A stretch of 64,000 nucleotides of DNA from the NCBI GenBank assembly GCA_028023455.1, contig JAQFVV010000008.1, positions 1,612,001 to 1,676,000 on the forward strand. Direction: 5' to 3'. The stretch is from Epiperipatus broadwayi. Lineage: Eukaryota > Animalia > Onychophora. Below, piece by piece: positions 27,280 to 41,179 of the stretch (positions within the stretch are counted from its first letter, which is position 1; every line of letters starts with the position of its first letter). The position numbers and the translations under genes were made by a program. Below the pieces are notes generated by a model. That model saw only the letters and a list, made by a program, of their open reading frames with translations. It was not told the origin of the DNA and ran no database searches.

Positions 27280-27965
27280 AGATTTTGTCAAAAACTATGA
27301 ATGACAGTAATATAAATAGACAATCTTATGTATTTCATTCGAAAGTATAAATTGAAATTTATCTGAATTATTAGATACATATGCTACGGTTTTTCTGTTA
27401 TTTTGTGACAATTATTCATTTTACTGATAATTTTTCCTAATTTTGGAGAACACGTATAACAAATTCATGTTTTAAGCCAATAAACATCACACTGCCTGTT
27501 TTAAATTCATGTTTCACTATTGTTCCTAAGAACACCTGTTAAGAATCACTTGTTTATCTTGTTTAATGGTTCTGGGTTTATTTCGTAATTTGTACCTAGA
27601 TCATATTGATATCTCTTCATGATTTTGTTTTTGGTATTGGAAGACAGTCTGTATTGCTTGATAATATGTAATCTTATTTTTAATGACTTAGATTCTTTGA
27701 AATAGTTTGCTTTTGACCTATTAGTGCTGAGTTAGTGATGAGAATTTTTGATTAAGGTTACTCTTGCTTTGCAAGTAAAATTTTGAGCTTAAGCTGCTGA
27801 TGTATCATTTAAATGAACAGATGTTTTTGATATCTATAGCTGAAATAACTAAAATTTTTTATCAGATAATTATGGCTTTTAAACCAATTGTTTAGCTTAG
27901 AATAATAAAACTTTTTCTTCAAAACTTTAGAAAAGGTAGGCTGTAAGACATCTCCCATTGTAGCT
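27280..27965 (-). mobile_element. Decayed Penelope-like element RT/linker fragment
   Basis: Minus frames give AATMGDVLQPTFS (cf. AMGSPLSP), a frameshifted Y.D.ILVI (cf. YVDDILVI), YISSLSSKFYL, YYQAIQTVF..HEEISI and TVAYVSNNSDKF (cf. LPYI...SEKI) in PLE order; it abuts a hammerhead-core hairpin. Confidence 0.5.
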
Positions 27966-28011
27966 GCAAATTGTATAATAGTCTCATTTTGTGTTATACA
28001 TATATATATAT

Positions 28012-28216
28012 ATACAATTTATCCAAACCACTTCAAACACTTTTTAGCAAAACTCTTTATTTGTACATATATACATAGTCCTATGTTTCGATTGTCCTCC
28101 AGTCTTCTTCTGGCTCTGAAGAAGACTGTAGGACAATCGAAACGTAGGTGTATGTATATATGTACAAAGAAGGAGTTTTGCTAAAAAGTATTTGAAGTGG
28201 TTTGGATAAATTGTAT
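28012..28216. repeat. 99-bp-arm fold-back of a Penelope-type pLTR end containing a hammerhead core
   Basis: Arms 28012-28110 / 28118-28216, 7-nt spacer; + strand CTGAAGA-A-GACTG-TAGGA-CAATC-GAAAC-GTAGGTG at 28116-28150. Confidence 0.65.
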
Positions 28217-28439
28217 TTATAGGATATTACACCAAAATAAAGAAAAGTGTGATTTTGGTAATACACATGTATAATTGTCACATGGCAGTGGCTTTTTTCA
28301 GTTTTAGATTAGAATGACTTGTGAAATATCTAAAACAGTCAAATTTTTGACTATAATCCATGCCAAAAGTAATAGGAAAAAATTTTGAACAATTGAATTT
28401 ATAATTCCACTCACATGCAGGAGTTTTTCTATACTATTC

Positions 28440-28760
28440 AAATTAAAGTGTTTTCCTTTTCTTCTTTTCTATTAGTGATTTCAAACACAGTGTGATCACA
28501 AATTAAAAATATTATTCAAGTTCACCATACTAAATATTTGTACTAACTACATACTGATAACCCTTCATTGATTTTAATTTTGAATTACTTTTAAACAAAA
28601 TAAGTAATAAGAAATATGGATATGATATTAATTAAAATCTTGTGGTAGATGTCATGTTTTCCTGTAAAGTAGAGTTATAAATTGGCAGTTTTAGTGATTA
28701 TTATTTCAGAATGAAATACGAAATAATAAGTTGATAAAATTTTTTTTAAAAATACTATTT
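28440..28760 (+). repeat. Dispersed ~330-bp AT-rich repeat, copy 1
   Basis: Colinear with 37832-38165 (shared blocks AAATATTTGTACTAACT, ATTAATTAAAATCTT, ATTGGCAGTTTTAGTGATTATTATTTCAGA). Confidence 0.7.
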
Positions 28761-29899
28761 TACTAGTTGACCCCTACCCTGCAGATTCTTACCATGTGCA
28801 CAGGACTGAACATGAAATTACTATTACACATCGCAGTACGGCATTGTTACAAACTCAATAATAAACTCTAGTTTTAATAACTTAAAGTTAACCAATTAAA
28901 TTTTAAATGAGAGAGATCAAACCAAAGGTGGTTATATTTCCTGACCTTTCCCTTACTAAAACTGTTACCATTCTTATGGATATCAGTGCATTGGCCGTCG
29001 CATATCTTTGAAAGGCCGAATTTGAACCTGACCTTTATACACCACTTCCAGAAAGAAAACATCGCCTGAAAGAATATACAACTAACAACGAATCATATGA
29101 AACAAATAAGTAAAGAAAGATATCCACATGATAACAAACTTTTAATCATCTTATAAAGTAATGACCCATGGACTTAGCTCAATCATTTCTTTATCTCAGG
29201 TAACTGGTGGATTATGCTATAATAAGAAAATGTACTTAGTATTGTTGGAGAGAGAGAAATAAATGAGGCACTTAAAAACAAAAACAAATATTTATTTTTC
29301 CAAATAACCCCTCACCATTTATATACATGAATAAAAAAACATTTTATTAATCCCAACATTATAATACAAGATGAAAATTAAGAATAATGTTGGTTCAATT
29401 TAAATATGGAACTCCCTCCCAATCTTTACATAAATACCATAGCATGAAGTGGTCTGAGTTTCTACCCACACACACATATTAAGCACTAATTTTATTTTAT
29501 CTATATTAAAAATATATAGGTCTACATTTATGTCTGTCAACCCATACTTCACATTGCCTAACTAAACATATTATAAGTGTGTGTTTGTATACAAATCAAA
29601 GCACACGGAGACAAGCGAAATGCTATACTTTAAATCAATTTGAATTTCTTTTAATCTACGCATAACACACACATATGTATGTACACATCTAAACATTTTA
29701 AAATTAATGCAGGAGGATGATTTAACAACACAATCCAATTTTTTGTGGACAAAGAACTCTACATACATTTAATGCATCAAAACAGATATTAACAAGATTC
29801 ATCTTTACTGAAGCATATAGCTAATAATAAAATAAAATAATAAATGAATAAAATAAAAAAAATTATACCATCTGGGGTTTTCAGACTTCTTCATCCGGA

Positions 29900-30600
29900 C
29901 TTCAGGGCTTCTGAGTGCACTACAAAACTGGGTAACAGGGTGATAAGGATTTCTCTTCATTTCAGTAAGATATAGGCATTTAGATGTTCATCTTCATCAG
30001 TTGATATTAGTGGCTACATGATGATAGTGACGGCTTGGAAGGAGCTGGGCTGGTGCACTGATGTGGGATTCTACTCCATATTTATTACACTGACTGTTCT
30101 AGACATTTTTACCTTTCAAGGTTTCACTAATATTCTTCTCTTTAATACAGCATTAGCAGACTGCTACTTATTTGTATTGCTTTTGCAGGACTTTCATTTG
30201 AAGCCAGGCTCAGCTTTGTTTCCTTTTTAATTCTTAAATATTGGACGATCAGTATCTTTTTCTTAGATATGGTCTTAATACACTGGTCTCAGCAGCTTAC
30301 AGCTAGCAAAAATCATTGGTCAGACAATCTCATACCTGTGATTGAATATTTCATCAGTGTTATGGACCAAACATGGCAGACTCAAAAGAACTCTGCACAG
30401 CGACCACATTATTTCAGCAACAAGCAAGAAAAAAACTCTCCACTTCTCTCTTCTATATTAGAATGTTTTTTTTTTATCAACCCCCTCAGCACCTGGTGAA
30501 CAGTTTATATAGCACATTCATTACAATACCAATTGGAGAACTCCCCTGTAACTATTGCATCAGCCAACTCTTTGTGGTTTATTGAGTGGAACAAGATATA
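29900..30600 (-). mobile_element. Possible decayed Gypsy integrase core/C-terminal fragment
   Basis: HSNIEERS, LCRVLLSLP..EIFNHRY..KLLRP loosely follow the SNG.AER / L.RFLLSYR..ELLF.R..LLRP pattern; many stops. Confidence 0.35.
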
Positions 30601-32099
30601 TAGCTCTATTACACCTGAGTATTTCTTATCACTTATTCTAATCTTTTAATTTTTATCTCAAGTTTTCACTCAGACCACCTTGGTTGATTAAGGAGTTTCA
30701 GTTTTAACACAAAAGGAAAGTTTCTCTCACTTTTTCCTTACAAAAGATTAAAACTAAAAAAAAAAACAAATCTAAAATAAAATCAGCTTTTCTCTGCGTA
30801 TAATTGCCTTATACTCTCTTCTTAAAAATAAAACAAAAGCAGGGTAACCATTTCTAATACATTAGTAAAATTTAACATTTGATAAAACAATAACAATTTG
30901 GCTTTGCCTTAGCTTATTGACAGAGAAAATATCTGATAAACATAAACAAAATTTAGACATGTCAGAATATTTACAATTAGCTTGATCATCTCTTGTTTAT
31001 ATACATACTCTAACACGTAAACAACTTTTAAAAAATGAAAATGTGAAACATTTGCCGACAGTTAAAAATAAAAAACATAAAACTGCTCATATATATAATG
31101 TAATTCACATATACAAATTATAAATCATAGCTCTTAATATTTAATTTATTTTCATATGTAGGTAAAATATATGCACAGACCATCATCATCATTTTACAGT
31201 ATGTTTATATAGTTCATACTTATTGTTATAATAGAGATAAAATATAGTTTAATTAATATACAATAACATTTTATATATATGCAACAAGTTGTAGCTTTAG
31301 TTACAGCCACCTTGTGCACGACCACTCCAAGAGTGTGTCACAATATATATACTTAATCACATTTCAAAGGAGCCTCTTAACTGGCTTATATCCTCCCACT
31401 AAAAAAAAAAAATATTTTTTTTTGACAACAATATGTCCTAAATTTTGCCTACATGTTTTTTAAGTTTAAAAGTCAAATCCGAAATTGCATTCCTCTTATA
31501 CTCTCAATGTTTCTAGTTAAGTTTTCTGTCACTATTACTATAAGTGGCAATTGAATCATCACTCATGGGAATTATTAGATCATTAAAAGGACTGGCTTGA
31601 ATTCCAACAAAGTTTGAGATACTAGTTGAATGGGCTTTGCAAAAATACGCTGCTCATTGATTGACTCACCAAAAGAAAATGCCCTTCTGATGGTTGATTA
31701 AGTTAATATTACCCCTTTTTTCAGACTAAAATAATTGCAATATTCCACTTAGCTTATTCTTCAATATTGTATCCTTTTTTGGTTTTGTTCAATTAGGATA
31801 TTTATAAAATAAATCTTTAGGATTATATAAGGAGTGTGAAAATTTCATCAATATACGCATCCCTTCTTTTACAATCAAATTTATAAAATACCCTTTTAGC
31901 CTTTAGATAATATATCTTTATTTCATCATGTTTTTCATATGTATGTGTCTTACAAATTTCCAAAAGATTTCTTAAACCTTACTTTAGACTTGTGCTTGTC
32001 ACAAGCTGACATATATAAAAGTGATAATTAAAATGTCTTATATCTGACCCATAATTCATATTTACTATGGCAGTGTTATATTATAGATCCTAGAACAAC

Positions 32100-33120
32100 C
32101 ATTGATAGATTGCGCCAAATAATCCTTGTCCACCATTATGAACAAGCACTCATAGCAATTGACTCTTTCGGGATCATGAGTCATTCGAGAGTTCTTAAAC
32201 TCTCATATTATTTATCTCATGACTGTAATTCGAGTATTCTAACCATTGAATTAATCCTTTATATACTTTTTATATCTTTTGTAACTTCTGCCCATAACTA
32301 CAATCCAGGCAATGAAGGTTACAATGTATTTCATATGATTCATGTAACTTCTTAATATCTTTCGTATTTCCAGAGATCTTATTATGAACCACTTTTTTGT
32401 ATCTCTGCCACATCATGGCAAATTCAGCTTCATAATTATAATGAGAATGCCTAAAAGAATTTTCACAAGAGTTTTTAGATCAATGTATTATATAGTTTCT
32501 TTTCCTTGTCATATAAATTCAAATCTAGTAATGACATTTATTTTCATTTTACATTTATGGCAGTGATTATATTAGAGTTTAATGATCACTGGGATATTAA
32601 AATTGGTATGATGTATTCCTTTGGTTTAGGATATAGTCTAAGAATTATATCGCTTACCCTTTGAACTTGTATCATCATCTATATTGCTGTTATTTTCAGA
32701 ATGGCTAGGATCTTTAATAGTATTTCCAGATTTGCTACTTGATTCAATTATAACATCCTTAACTTTAACCTGCATCTTAATTTCAAAATTTTATTCAAAT
32801 TTCTTGTATTTAATTCTCACAACTCTTCAAATTTAGCAGTATGTTTATCTTCTGACTCCATAAATTTAATTTCCATGACTGTGTTTAAATCCTTTGAACG
32901 ACACATCAGATTCATTGAACCTAATATTAACTTCATCTTTCAAATCGCTAAAGTCTATCTTTTGTACTTCCATTTTTTTTATCGAGTCATTCAAGTCTTA
33001 TCACAATCAATTCTGGATCTTACTATCTCCTTCCTTAGTTCCTGTAACTGACTGAGGATCATTTATGTGATATCTGGACTCATAGCTCCAGGCCCTACTT
33101 CTTGGTCCTTGGCTTCCATA
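32100..33120 (-). mobile_element. Possible decayed LTR-retrotransposon gag fragment
   Basis: Minus strand reads as a broken long frame (MEAKDQEVGPGAMSPDIT*MILSQLQELRKEIV..., coiled-coil-like, then FKNSFRHSHYNYEAEF); gag assignment is impressionistic. Confidence 0.35.
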
Positions 33121-36100
33121 ATAATACCTGGCAAAATAATTTTATCTAAGTGAACTTACTTGTAGTTATGTACAATGTGCAAAATACTTATGTGAATAAC
33201 TTATTTTATACCCAACAAAATGTATGTGTAGGACTTATCTCTTCACTTGCTATAATAAAATGCATATGTAATTAAATAATAGTTTGTTGTTGACATCTAT
33301 CACTTTATCAATTAGGAATTAAAAAATCACAACTTGCATGTCCCGTTTTCATCTTAATGGGGTTGTTTACTATATCACTAAAACAATCATTGATACCTCA
33401 TAAATAATGTACTTATTCCAAAAAATTATTATATATATATATGTAAAGTACTCAATGTGAACTATGCTAATCTTGGATATTGTGGTTTTTATTCATAGCC
33501 ACACTGTTGGTCACCAAAAGCCATAACAGTATTATATGGGGAAATAGGTATGAGATGACTATAGAGTTGATTTAAAACATCTACCTCATATATATTCCAA
33601 AATGAGAGATCTATATGAGGAATTTATAATTTATAAGTCCCATGAGTTAGAGACTATTAATATTCATGGGATTTATAATTTAAGACTACAGAATTATGTT
33701 TGATGACAAGAAAGTCATGTGCATATGTATGAAAACCTAATTCCCTCACTCACTCATAGAATTAAACTTGATGATAATAAAGTCATGTGCATATTTATGA
33801 AAACCTAATTCCCTCACCTTATCACAATCTGAATTCATTTGGTTAGTAAATATTTCTAGCTGTTATGACTAAATCTACCATCAATAAATATATCTGGAGA
33901 TATGAATTGGTGTTCATTTGTATAGACTTATCTGAGTAATATGAAATTAAATACCCAAAGCTAGGATTTTAATTTAATAGATAAATATTTGATTTACATT
34001 GGTAATTAGAATGTACATCATGAAATTGCATATTAAAATAACATTAACTTATAATAACTCATATGCATGTATTTACACTATGGGTGATGTTAAACAAGGT
34101 ATTTAGCTTGAATTAAATGAAGGTACATGTTGAACTTAATTTTGCTGATAATAATTTAGTATTGAGAATTATAACTTACTATGGTCTATATTGGGGTTAA
34201 ACCTAAATAAGTTATCTTGTCAAATATTGTTCAATAAAAAATATTTTTTTTTGTGATCTAAGGCAACTTCCTTTAATTGAATGTGTAAATGTGATTGTTT
34301 ACTTTACAAAATACTATACATGAAATCATTCTACAACACTTGTATATAACATAATTCAAATAAAATTAAAAGCAAAACTATTGAAACATTTAGCATTCAA
34401 ATATTCACTATACTGGGTAAAGTGGTCAAATTGGTATAAGTATATGTAGATATCCAATATGAAACTATAATAGCATTAGAGAATTTGATTGCATTCCCTG
34501 GAATAATCAAATACAATATATTCCATACTACTTTTAGTGTTTTAACTCCTTTACAAATATGGTAGATGATTGATAACTCAATTTCTATACGTATATGAAA
34601 CTATTCAAAGATAATATTCAATAATCAGTTTCCTGTGCTATTTAATAAGCTTGTAATGTCATAATGCCTTTTAATATTAGTTATAAATATTCATCTAATT
34701 ACTATGGTGCCCACAAACATCATAATATAGATACTAGAATTCCCACATGTGCATACTAAGTATGGGTCCACTAAGATATAGTAAACTACAGTCTTATAGG
34801 AGGTATTACAGTTTCACAACTAAAACTTGATATAATTGATATTCTATATCTTGTTTTCTTCTTTTAGTGAAAAATTCTTTAGGGTAGCTGCTGAAAGTTA
34901 ATTTGGCTTTTTCCATGAAATTGGCATTTTATTTACAACGGCTAACACTTTACTCCTATTATGCATGCAATTATTTTGTTTTGTATATGTATGTTTTGAA
35001 TTCGAATGGCAATTTGAATGAATATTTTACTAAAAGCAAGATATAATTTATTATGTGATGGATGTCACGGTTTTATTTATTAGATGATTTTAATTTAAGT
35101 ACATGGTCCTTAGGGAACAGACATCAACATGTTTGAATCTAGCAGTCCATTTTTATTGTTCTTTTTCTAACTGGTCTTACAAATATGGATATTTCATTAA
35201 ATAGAATATGCTAATTAAAATATAGTTTCTTCTAGGTAGTGTATCAGCATGTATGTGTGTAGATTCTCTCAAATCTAAAAGTATCCAATAAAGTTAATAA
35301 AAGAGTTTCCTTTTTAATACAATTTATTGATCTGTTATTTTTTACAAGAAGAAAAGAATATCTTCTTTATATTGTAAAAGTAACCTGGTTCAAACCCTGT
35401 TACAAAAAAGTTACACAATATTCCCTAACTGCTTAGATCAGCATGAGTTTAATAAATTTGATTCAGCTGCGAGGGAAAAATATAAAGAATGAGATATATA
35501 TGTCTAAGAGAGAAAGTTTGAAAGTTTTTTTTTTATTAATTAAAAAAAAAGAGAGAGAGAGAGAAAGATATTTATAGTTATTTATTTGTTTTAAAATAAA
35601 TTCATGAAAATATGTTAATAAATTATGGGAATGCAGTTATACGCAAATATATAACTTTTCTTCTTGTATTCTTAATTTATTTCAAATGTATAATTTTCTA
35701 CTGTATTATTGTATATCGCATTTTAATGAGAGTAATGAAAGAACTTTTATATATGTATACCTTGAGGCAATTTCATGTGTTTTATTTAATTACTTAGCCA
35801 CGGAAAGAAAAATTTTAAAAGCATGCCTAAGAAATAAAGATCTAGATATTGATAAACTATTTTGGGAACAAAAGGAATTGGAGAAATTAGTTAGTTGAAA
35901 AGTAAAATCAGAACAGGCAGGAGTGATTTTGCGAACTGAAATATTAATATTTTCTGGTTGCTAAATTGATGGATACAGCTATGGTTTTAGATATAGTAAC
36001 TCAGACCATCGCTACCATCAGAATGCAGGAATAGAAAAATACATGTAAAGGCCACTATCCTAAGTTCTAAAGATGTAGCTGTTCCTGTTAATTGCTTGCC

Positions 36101-37831
36101 CTCCAAAAACCATAAGTACCTCGTCGATATGCTGCTAAAATAATCTAGGAAGGAAGAAAATCTCAAATTATGTACACTCAGAATGCCTCCAGTAAGTCAT
36201 CATTATTTCTTAGACTCAAATACCACAAAATGGACGTTTGTGCAAACTTTTTGCTGTTTGTAAAAAAATTTTGTTTTATTCTTCGACAGTAAAAGAATAT
36301 CTAAATTTCAGTTGGATCGTCAAAATCACACGTACGTGAAAATCCACTTATCCCTATTAGAAATCCCAGGTACTTCAAGGTAACTATAACTAGTTTCTTT
36401 AACCTAAAAGAATTGAACATTACTTGTCGTTACTCTCCAAAAGTTCAGCCATTGTGTAGAATTATATATTTTAAGTTAAACGTATAAATGCATTCCCACA
36501 TATGTATTTAATTATATGTTTTTTTTTTATAATTCACTAATTCTGTTTTTTTTTATTTCATCTTTTATGTTATCATTGATATATAAATTATATAAATATG
36601 TTTTTTCTTTCTCAATATTTAACTAACCATAGTAATAAAATTATCTACTTACTTTAAAACAAATTGTCTCTCATTAATGAACATATTTATCGCTTATATT
36701 AGCCTAGTTTCCTTCCTGGCAGAATATCAGAATAAGCAAGTAGATTATACGTAATTTTAAATTCTAAGATGTAAGTTTCTATATACGCATCTTAAATTGA
36801 AAGGTATATAAAATAGGGAAAGCCTGTTTCAACTACACAAATTTAGTCAGTCACCTCCATTCAACCTGATGGGTATTATTACCTCCCAGCCCTGGGATTT
36901 GAGCTAGCTGAAAGGGTCAGGCACCTAATTAGCGATCGTTTTAAAATTTCTAAAAGGAGAAAGTATAATTCTTATGGTCTTAGTAAGATTGGCGCTTGAG
37001 GTCATTTAATTAATTGACGCTCATAAATATACTTGATCCGAAGAAATTTTTTTTTTTAAAATGAAATAATGACCACTGGGTAGATTTATATATATATTTA
37101 AATGTATATCCTAATATAGGATACATAGATTTTATTTTTTAATATATATTTAAGAAAGAGATTCGTATTCAAATCTAATACAGTGGATAATAGTCAAATT
37201 CTATCTACAGGTGTTATGGTGACTATACAGCCATAGTTTTGTTTTTACTACCCTACGTGGCCAGTAGAGTCATTTTTTTTTATATATATAAACAATCAAC
37301 TAAAATTAATACCGGGATTGCCTGTTAAAATATATATATATATATATAATTTCCTTATTTGTTGTTATAATACTTTTCTCTCGTGGATTTCATTAGATTG
37401 TTACTTTAAACAATCTTGATGTAATGATGTTTATATAATGTTACATATATCTGCAAACATACATATACATAATTTGTGGTTTTAACTTCAATTACAATAA
37501 TGTTAAAATATTGCAAATTGAAAAAAATAACAAAAGAAAAATAAAAGAAGCTATGCTAATATACAAATACAAACATGACGTACTTAAGAGGCAGGCAGCA
37601 GACATTAAGATCACAGAATTGTGGGAAGGTTAGCCTTTCAACATGTTAGTTGACAAAGATTAAGAGGATAGTCGAAAGTGCTTCTAAGTGGATACATTTT
37701 TTTAAAAATATATCTATTTATAAATATTCAATTATATAATTACATAAATTATTACATATGAAATGTAATATATATTAATCACTCATTAATATGCAAGTAA
37801 ATAATGTTATTTTAATAAAATAATTTTCCTA

Positions 37832-38165
37832 AAATTAAAGTGTTCCCATTTTCTTCCTTTTCTAAAGTGATTCAAATATAGTATGATCAGCAAGTTAAAA
37901 TTGTTATTGAAATTTACCATACAAAATATTTGTACTAACTGTATTGTGATAACCTTTCATAGATTTTAATTTTGAATTGCTTTTAAACAAAATTAGTAAT
38001 AAAAAATATGGTTTAAGTAATAAAAATATGGTTAAGATATTAATTAAAATCTTATGATAGGTGTCATGTTTTTCCAGATAAAATAGAGTTATCAATTGGC
38101 AGTTTTAGTGATTATTATTTCAGAGTGAAATAATAAGTTGACACAATTTTTTTAAAAAAATATTA
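37832..38165 (+). repeat. Dispersed ~330-bp AT-rich repeat, copy 2
   Basis: Diverged direct copy of 28440-28760. Confidence 0.7.
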
Positions 38166-38219
38166 TACATACATAATCGTATTTTGAAGAAGTCTCCTAA
38201 GTGGTTCAGTATGTATATT

Positions 38220-39680
38220 TAATGAATAATATTTCTATCCTGTAATTTCACTATATCACTCTCACCCAAGGTAAGGACTGGTTTCCATCTGTTTTTAACA
38301 TCTTATGGAGGGGTGTAATCATAAACATTTGACCAAAGACATATGAAAAAGATATATGATAGTCAAGATGCATATTTCATACTGAATCAATGTTTACCAG
38401 TTGGCCCAGATCATAATCACTTAGCATATATCTTTATCATTCTTCAGTATATATAAATAACCAATTATTACAATTTAATTGCCAAGTGTTAAACTTACTG
38501 TCCTCACAACTTTGACACAAACCATTTGGAAGTATATTAATAATTTTTATTAGTTATTCAGTAGATGAGAGATTATTCACTTAATGAATATTTCTATAAT
38601 GTAATTTTCACTACACCACTCTGGTTTTGATCCACTTTTAACACTTGTGGAGAAGTGTAATCATATGGACAAAGACATGTGAAAAGATGTAAAATTTCCA
38701 AGATGTCCATTTTGTGCCAGCCAGCACTTATCAGTGGACTCAGATCACAATCACACATATCTATCATTGTTCAGTATATATAGATAATCAATTACTACAA
38801 TTTAATTAGTATCAAACTTACTTTCCTTATAAGTTTGACACAAACCACTTGATGGAAGCGTATTAATAATTTTTTATTACTTATTCATTAGATTAGAGAT
38901 AATATTTCAGTAATGTAATTTTCACCACACCTACTCTCATACAAGATAAGGCCTGGTTTCTATCCATTTTTTAACACCTTTTGGAGAGATGTAATCATAA
39001 ACATATGACCAAAGACATGAAAAAGATGTATGATCCCCAAGATGTATATTTCATGCTGAACCAGCATTCATCAGTTGGTCCAGATCACACTAACTTACCC
39101 ATATCTTTATCATTGTTTAGTAAATATAGACAGCCAATTATCTGGGGGATCGTACATGTTTTTAACATGTCTTTGATCATGTGTTTATGATTCCATCCTT
39201 CCACAAGGTGTTAAAAGCTGATAGAAACCAAGCTCTACCTTGCGTAAAGGTGGCATAGTGAAAATTATTCTACAGAAAATTATTCATTAAGTGGATAATC
39301 TCTAGTCTAATTAATAATAAAAAATTATTAATGTACTTTCATCAAATGGTTTGTATCAAAGTTGTGAGGCCAGTAAGTTTGTCACCTATCAATTAAATTG
39401 TAGTAATTGGCAATCTATATATGATAAACAATGATAAAGATATATGTGTTTGTGATCTGGCCAGTTGTTGAGTGTTAAGTCAGCACAAAATGTGCATCTT
39501 GAGGATTATACATCTTTTCACATTTTTGGTCACATGTTTATGATTGCACATCTCCACAAGGTATTAATAGCAAATAGAAACCAGTCCCTATCTTGCTTGA
39601 AAATAGTGTAGTGAAATTATATTACAGAAATATTATTAAGTGGATAATGTCTTGTCTAATGAATGACTAATAAAAATTAT
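38220..39680. repeat. Diverged ~320-360-bp tandem array: ~2.7 direct units then ~1.5 inverted units
   Basis: Unit starts near 38220, 38582 and 38901 (shared GTAATCATA, GACCAAAGACAT, CAAGATG, CAGATCA); reverse-complement copies from ~39160 to ~39680. Confidence 0.8.
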
Positions 39681-39868
39681 TTTATGTCATAAATATATAT
39701 ATTTTGTTATATTTTTTAAAAAGTAAAAATTAGTGTTAAAAATTTGATTTTTTTTTTGCAGAATGTATAATTAACATTATTGTTCTATAATCTCTAAATT
39801 TAATGCATTATTTAATTTTTTTAGTAGAACCATAAAAGTTTCAATATTTTTTTTAAAAAAAATCAAAC

Positions 39869-41179
39869 ATATGTGAGGTGTTAGTTTTGTTTTTAAAAAA
39901 TGTCTATGAGGGAAACTATAACATGAACTATTAAGCTTCACAATGAATTGCTAAAAGAATTCCTGCAAAGAAATATTTGGCCATAGTCATATATATATAA
40001 ATGATATGAATTATTTGATTTTAAAAAACTTTCAAATTTAGACTTACTTTAAGAATATTATTTTTACTCTGACCTCAAAATTTAAGTAATATATGTTTGC
40101 ATAGTTAACATTGTTAATTAATTACATAAATATTTAGTTTTCAATTGATATACACTAAGACAAAGTGAATATGTTTACTTTCTTCTTTTAAACTGATTTA
40201 AAATATGCAATTTCATAGCAGTTTAATTTATCTTAACATTTAATTTTAATGTTTTTAAGAGAATATATAAAAAAATATTTCTTCTTATAAAATTAGTTTT
40301 TAAAAATTAGTACTGATTTAAAATGTATATTTCTTTTAAAAAGTATCTCCTTTCAAATATAGATGAGTATTAATAAAATAAAATAAAAACATTTAATAAT
40401 AAAAAAAAAAAACATCTAAAAGAGTCTTATTTAATCGAACAGGTTTCCTAATAATATGTTAGATTGTAACATAATATGAAAGTTTAATTGAATTATCTAA
40501 AGAGCACAATAGTCATAGCAATAAATACATTGTACATACATGTGTAGAAAAATATGTTCCACTATATGTGCAATGCCTCAGAACTAGAATAAATAAATGG
40601 TAAAAAAAAGTGTTATATGCACAAATTAATTATTATTTTAAATATGATCAGCATTGTCATGAACATAGATTTGATCCTACATTAATCCAAATTAAAATAA
40701 TATTTCATGTGTATGAATTTATTATATCAATGCATTTGTTTAGACACTTTGTTTTTAATTAAGTATATTCTACATTTAAAGTATTATGAAGAGAAGTGAT
40801 TAAAAAAATAGTGATTTCATTTAAGAGGGTAGGATCTGAATTGATGACTCTAGGGAGGATATAATACTAGAATACTATTTATGTAAGGTAGAATCCAATA
40901 ACTGATCACCTCATTAAATTAACTTTATGATTACTATTTTATAAGGGATAGGATCCAAAAAATAACCACCTCTTTGAATTATTAGTAGTTTAAGGAAGTT
41001 GTGTGTGTAGTTATATACATATTAAGATCATAATGGAAGGGGTACTTCATAAACTAACTTTGTTTTAGATATATGTATATGTAACAGCTATGAATCTAAA
41101 GATGAATGAATGAGTTATATTTCTAAGGGATATGAACATATAGGTTTATATCTTTAATGCATGAAAGGCATGGGATATT
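39869..41179 (+). repeat. ~1.3-kb repeat, left arm of a long-range inverted pair
   Basis: Reverse complement of 55425-56711 along its length (e.g. 40084 AAGTAATATATGTTTGCATAGTTAACATTGTTAATTAATTACATAAATATTTAGTTTTCAA vs its complement near 56447-56507). Confidence 0.85.

Noticed and set aside
29960-30010. Minus-strand CTGATGA-AGATG-AA-CATCT resembling a hammerhead core plus stem II
   Set aside because: No GAAA, no cleavage triplet and no stem I partner.
33585-33820. Two small hairpins and a 39-bp direct repeat (33711, 33779)
   Set aside because: Short, AT-rich and imperfect; no element boundaries found.
36866-36921. CCTGATGG...GAAAGGGTCAGG as a hammerhead
   Set aside because: No consistent stems I-III; probably a chance inverted 5-mer.
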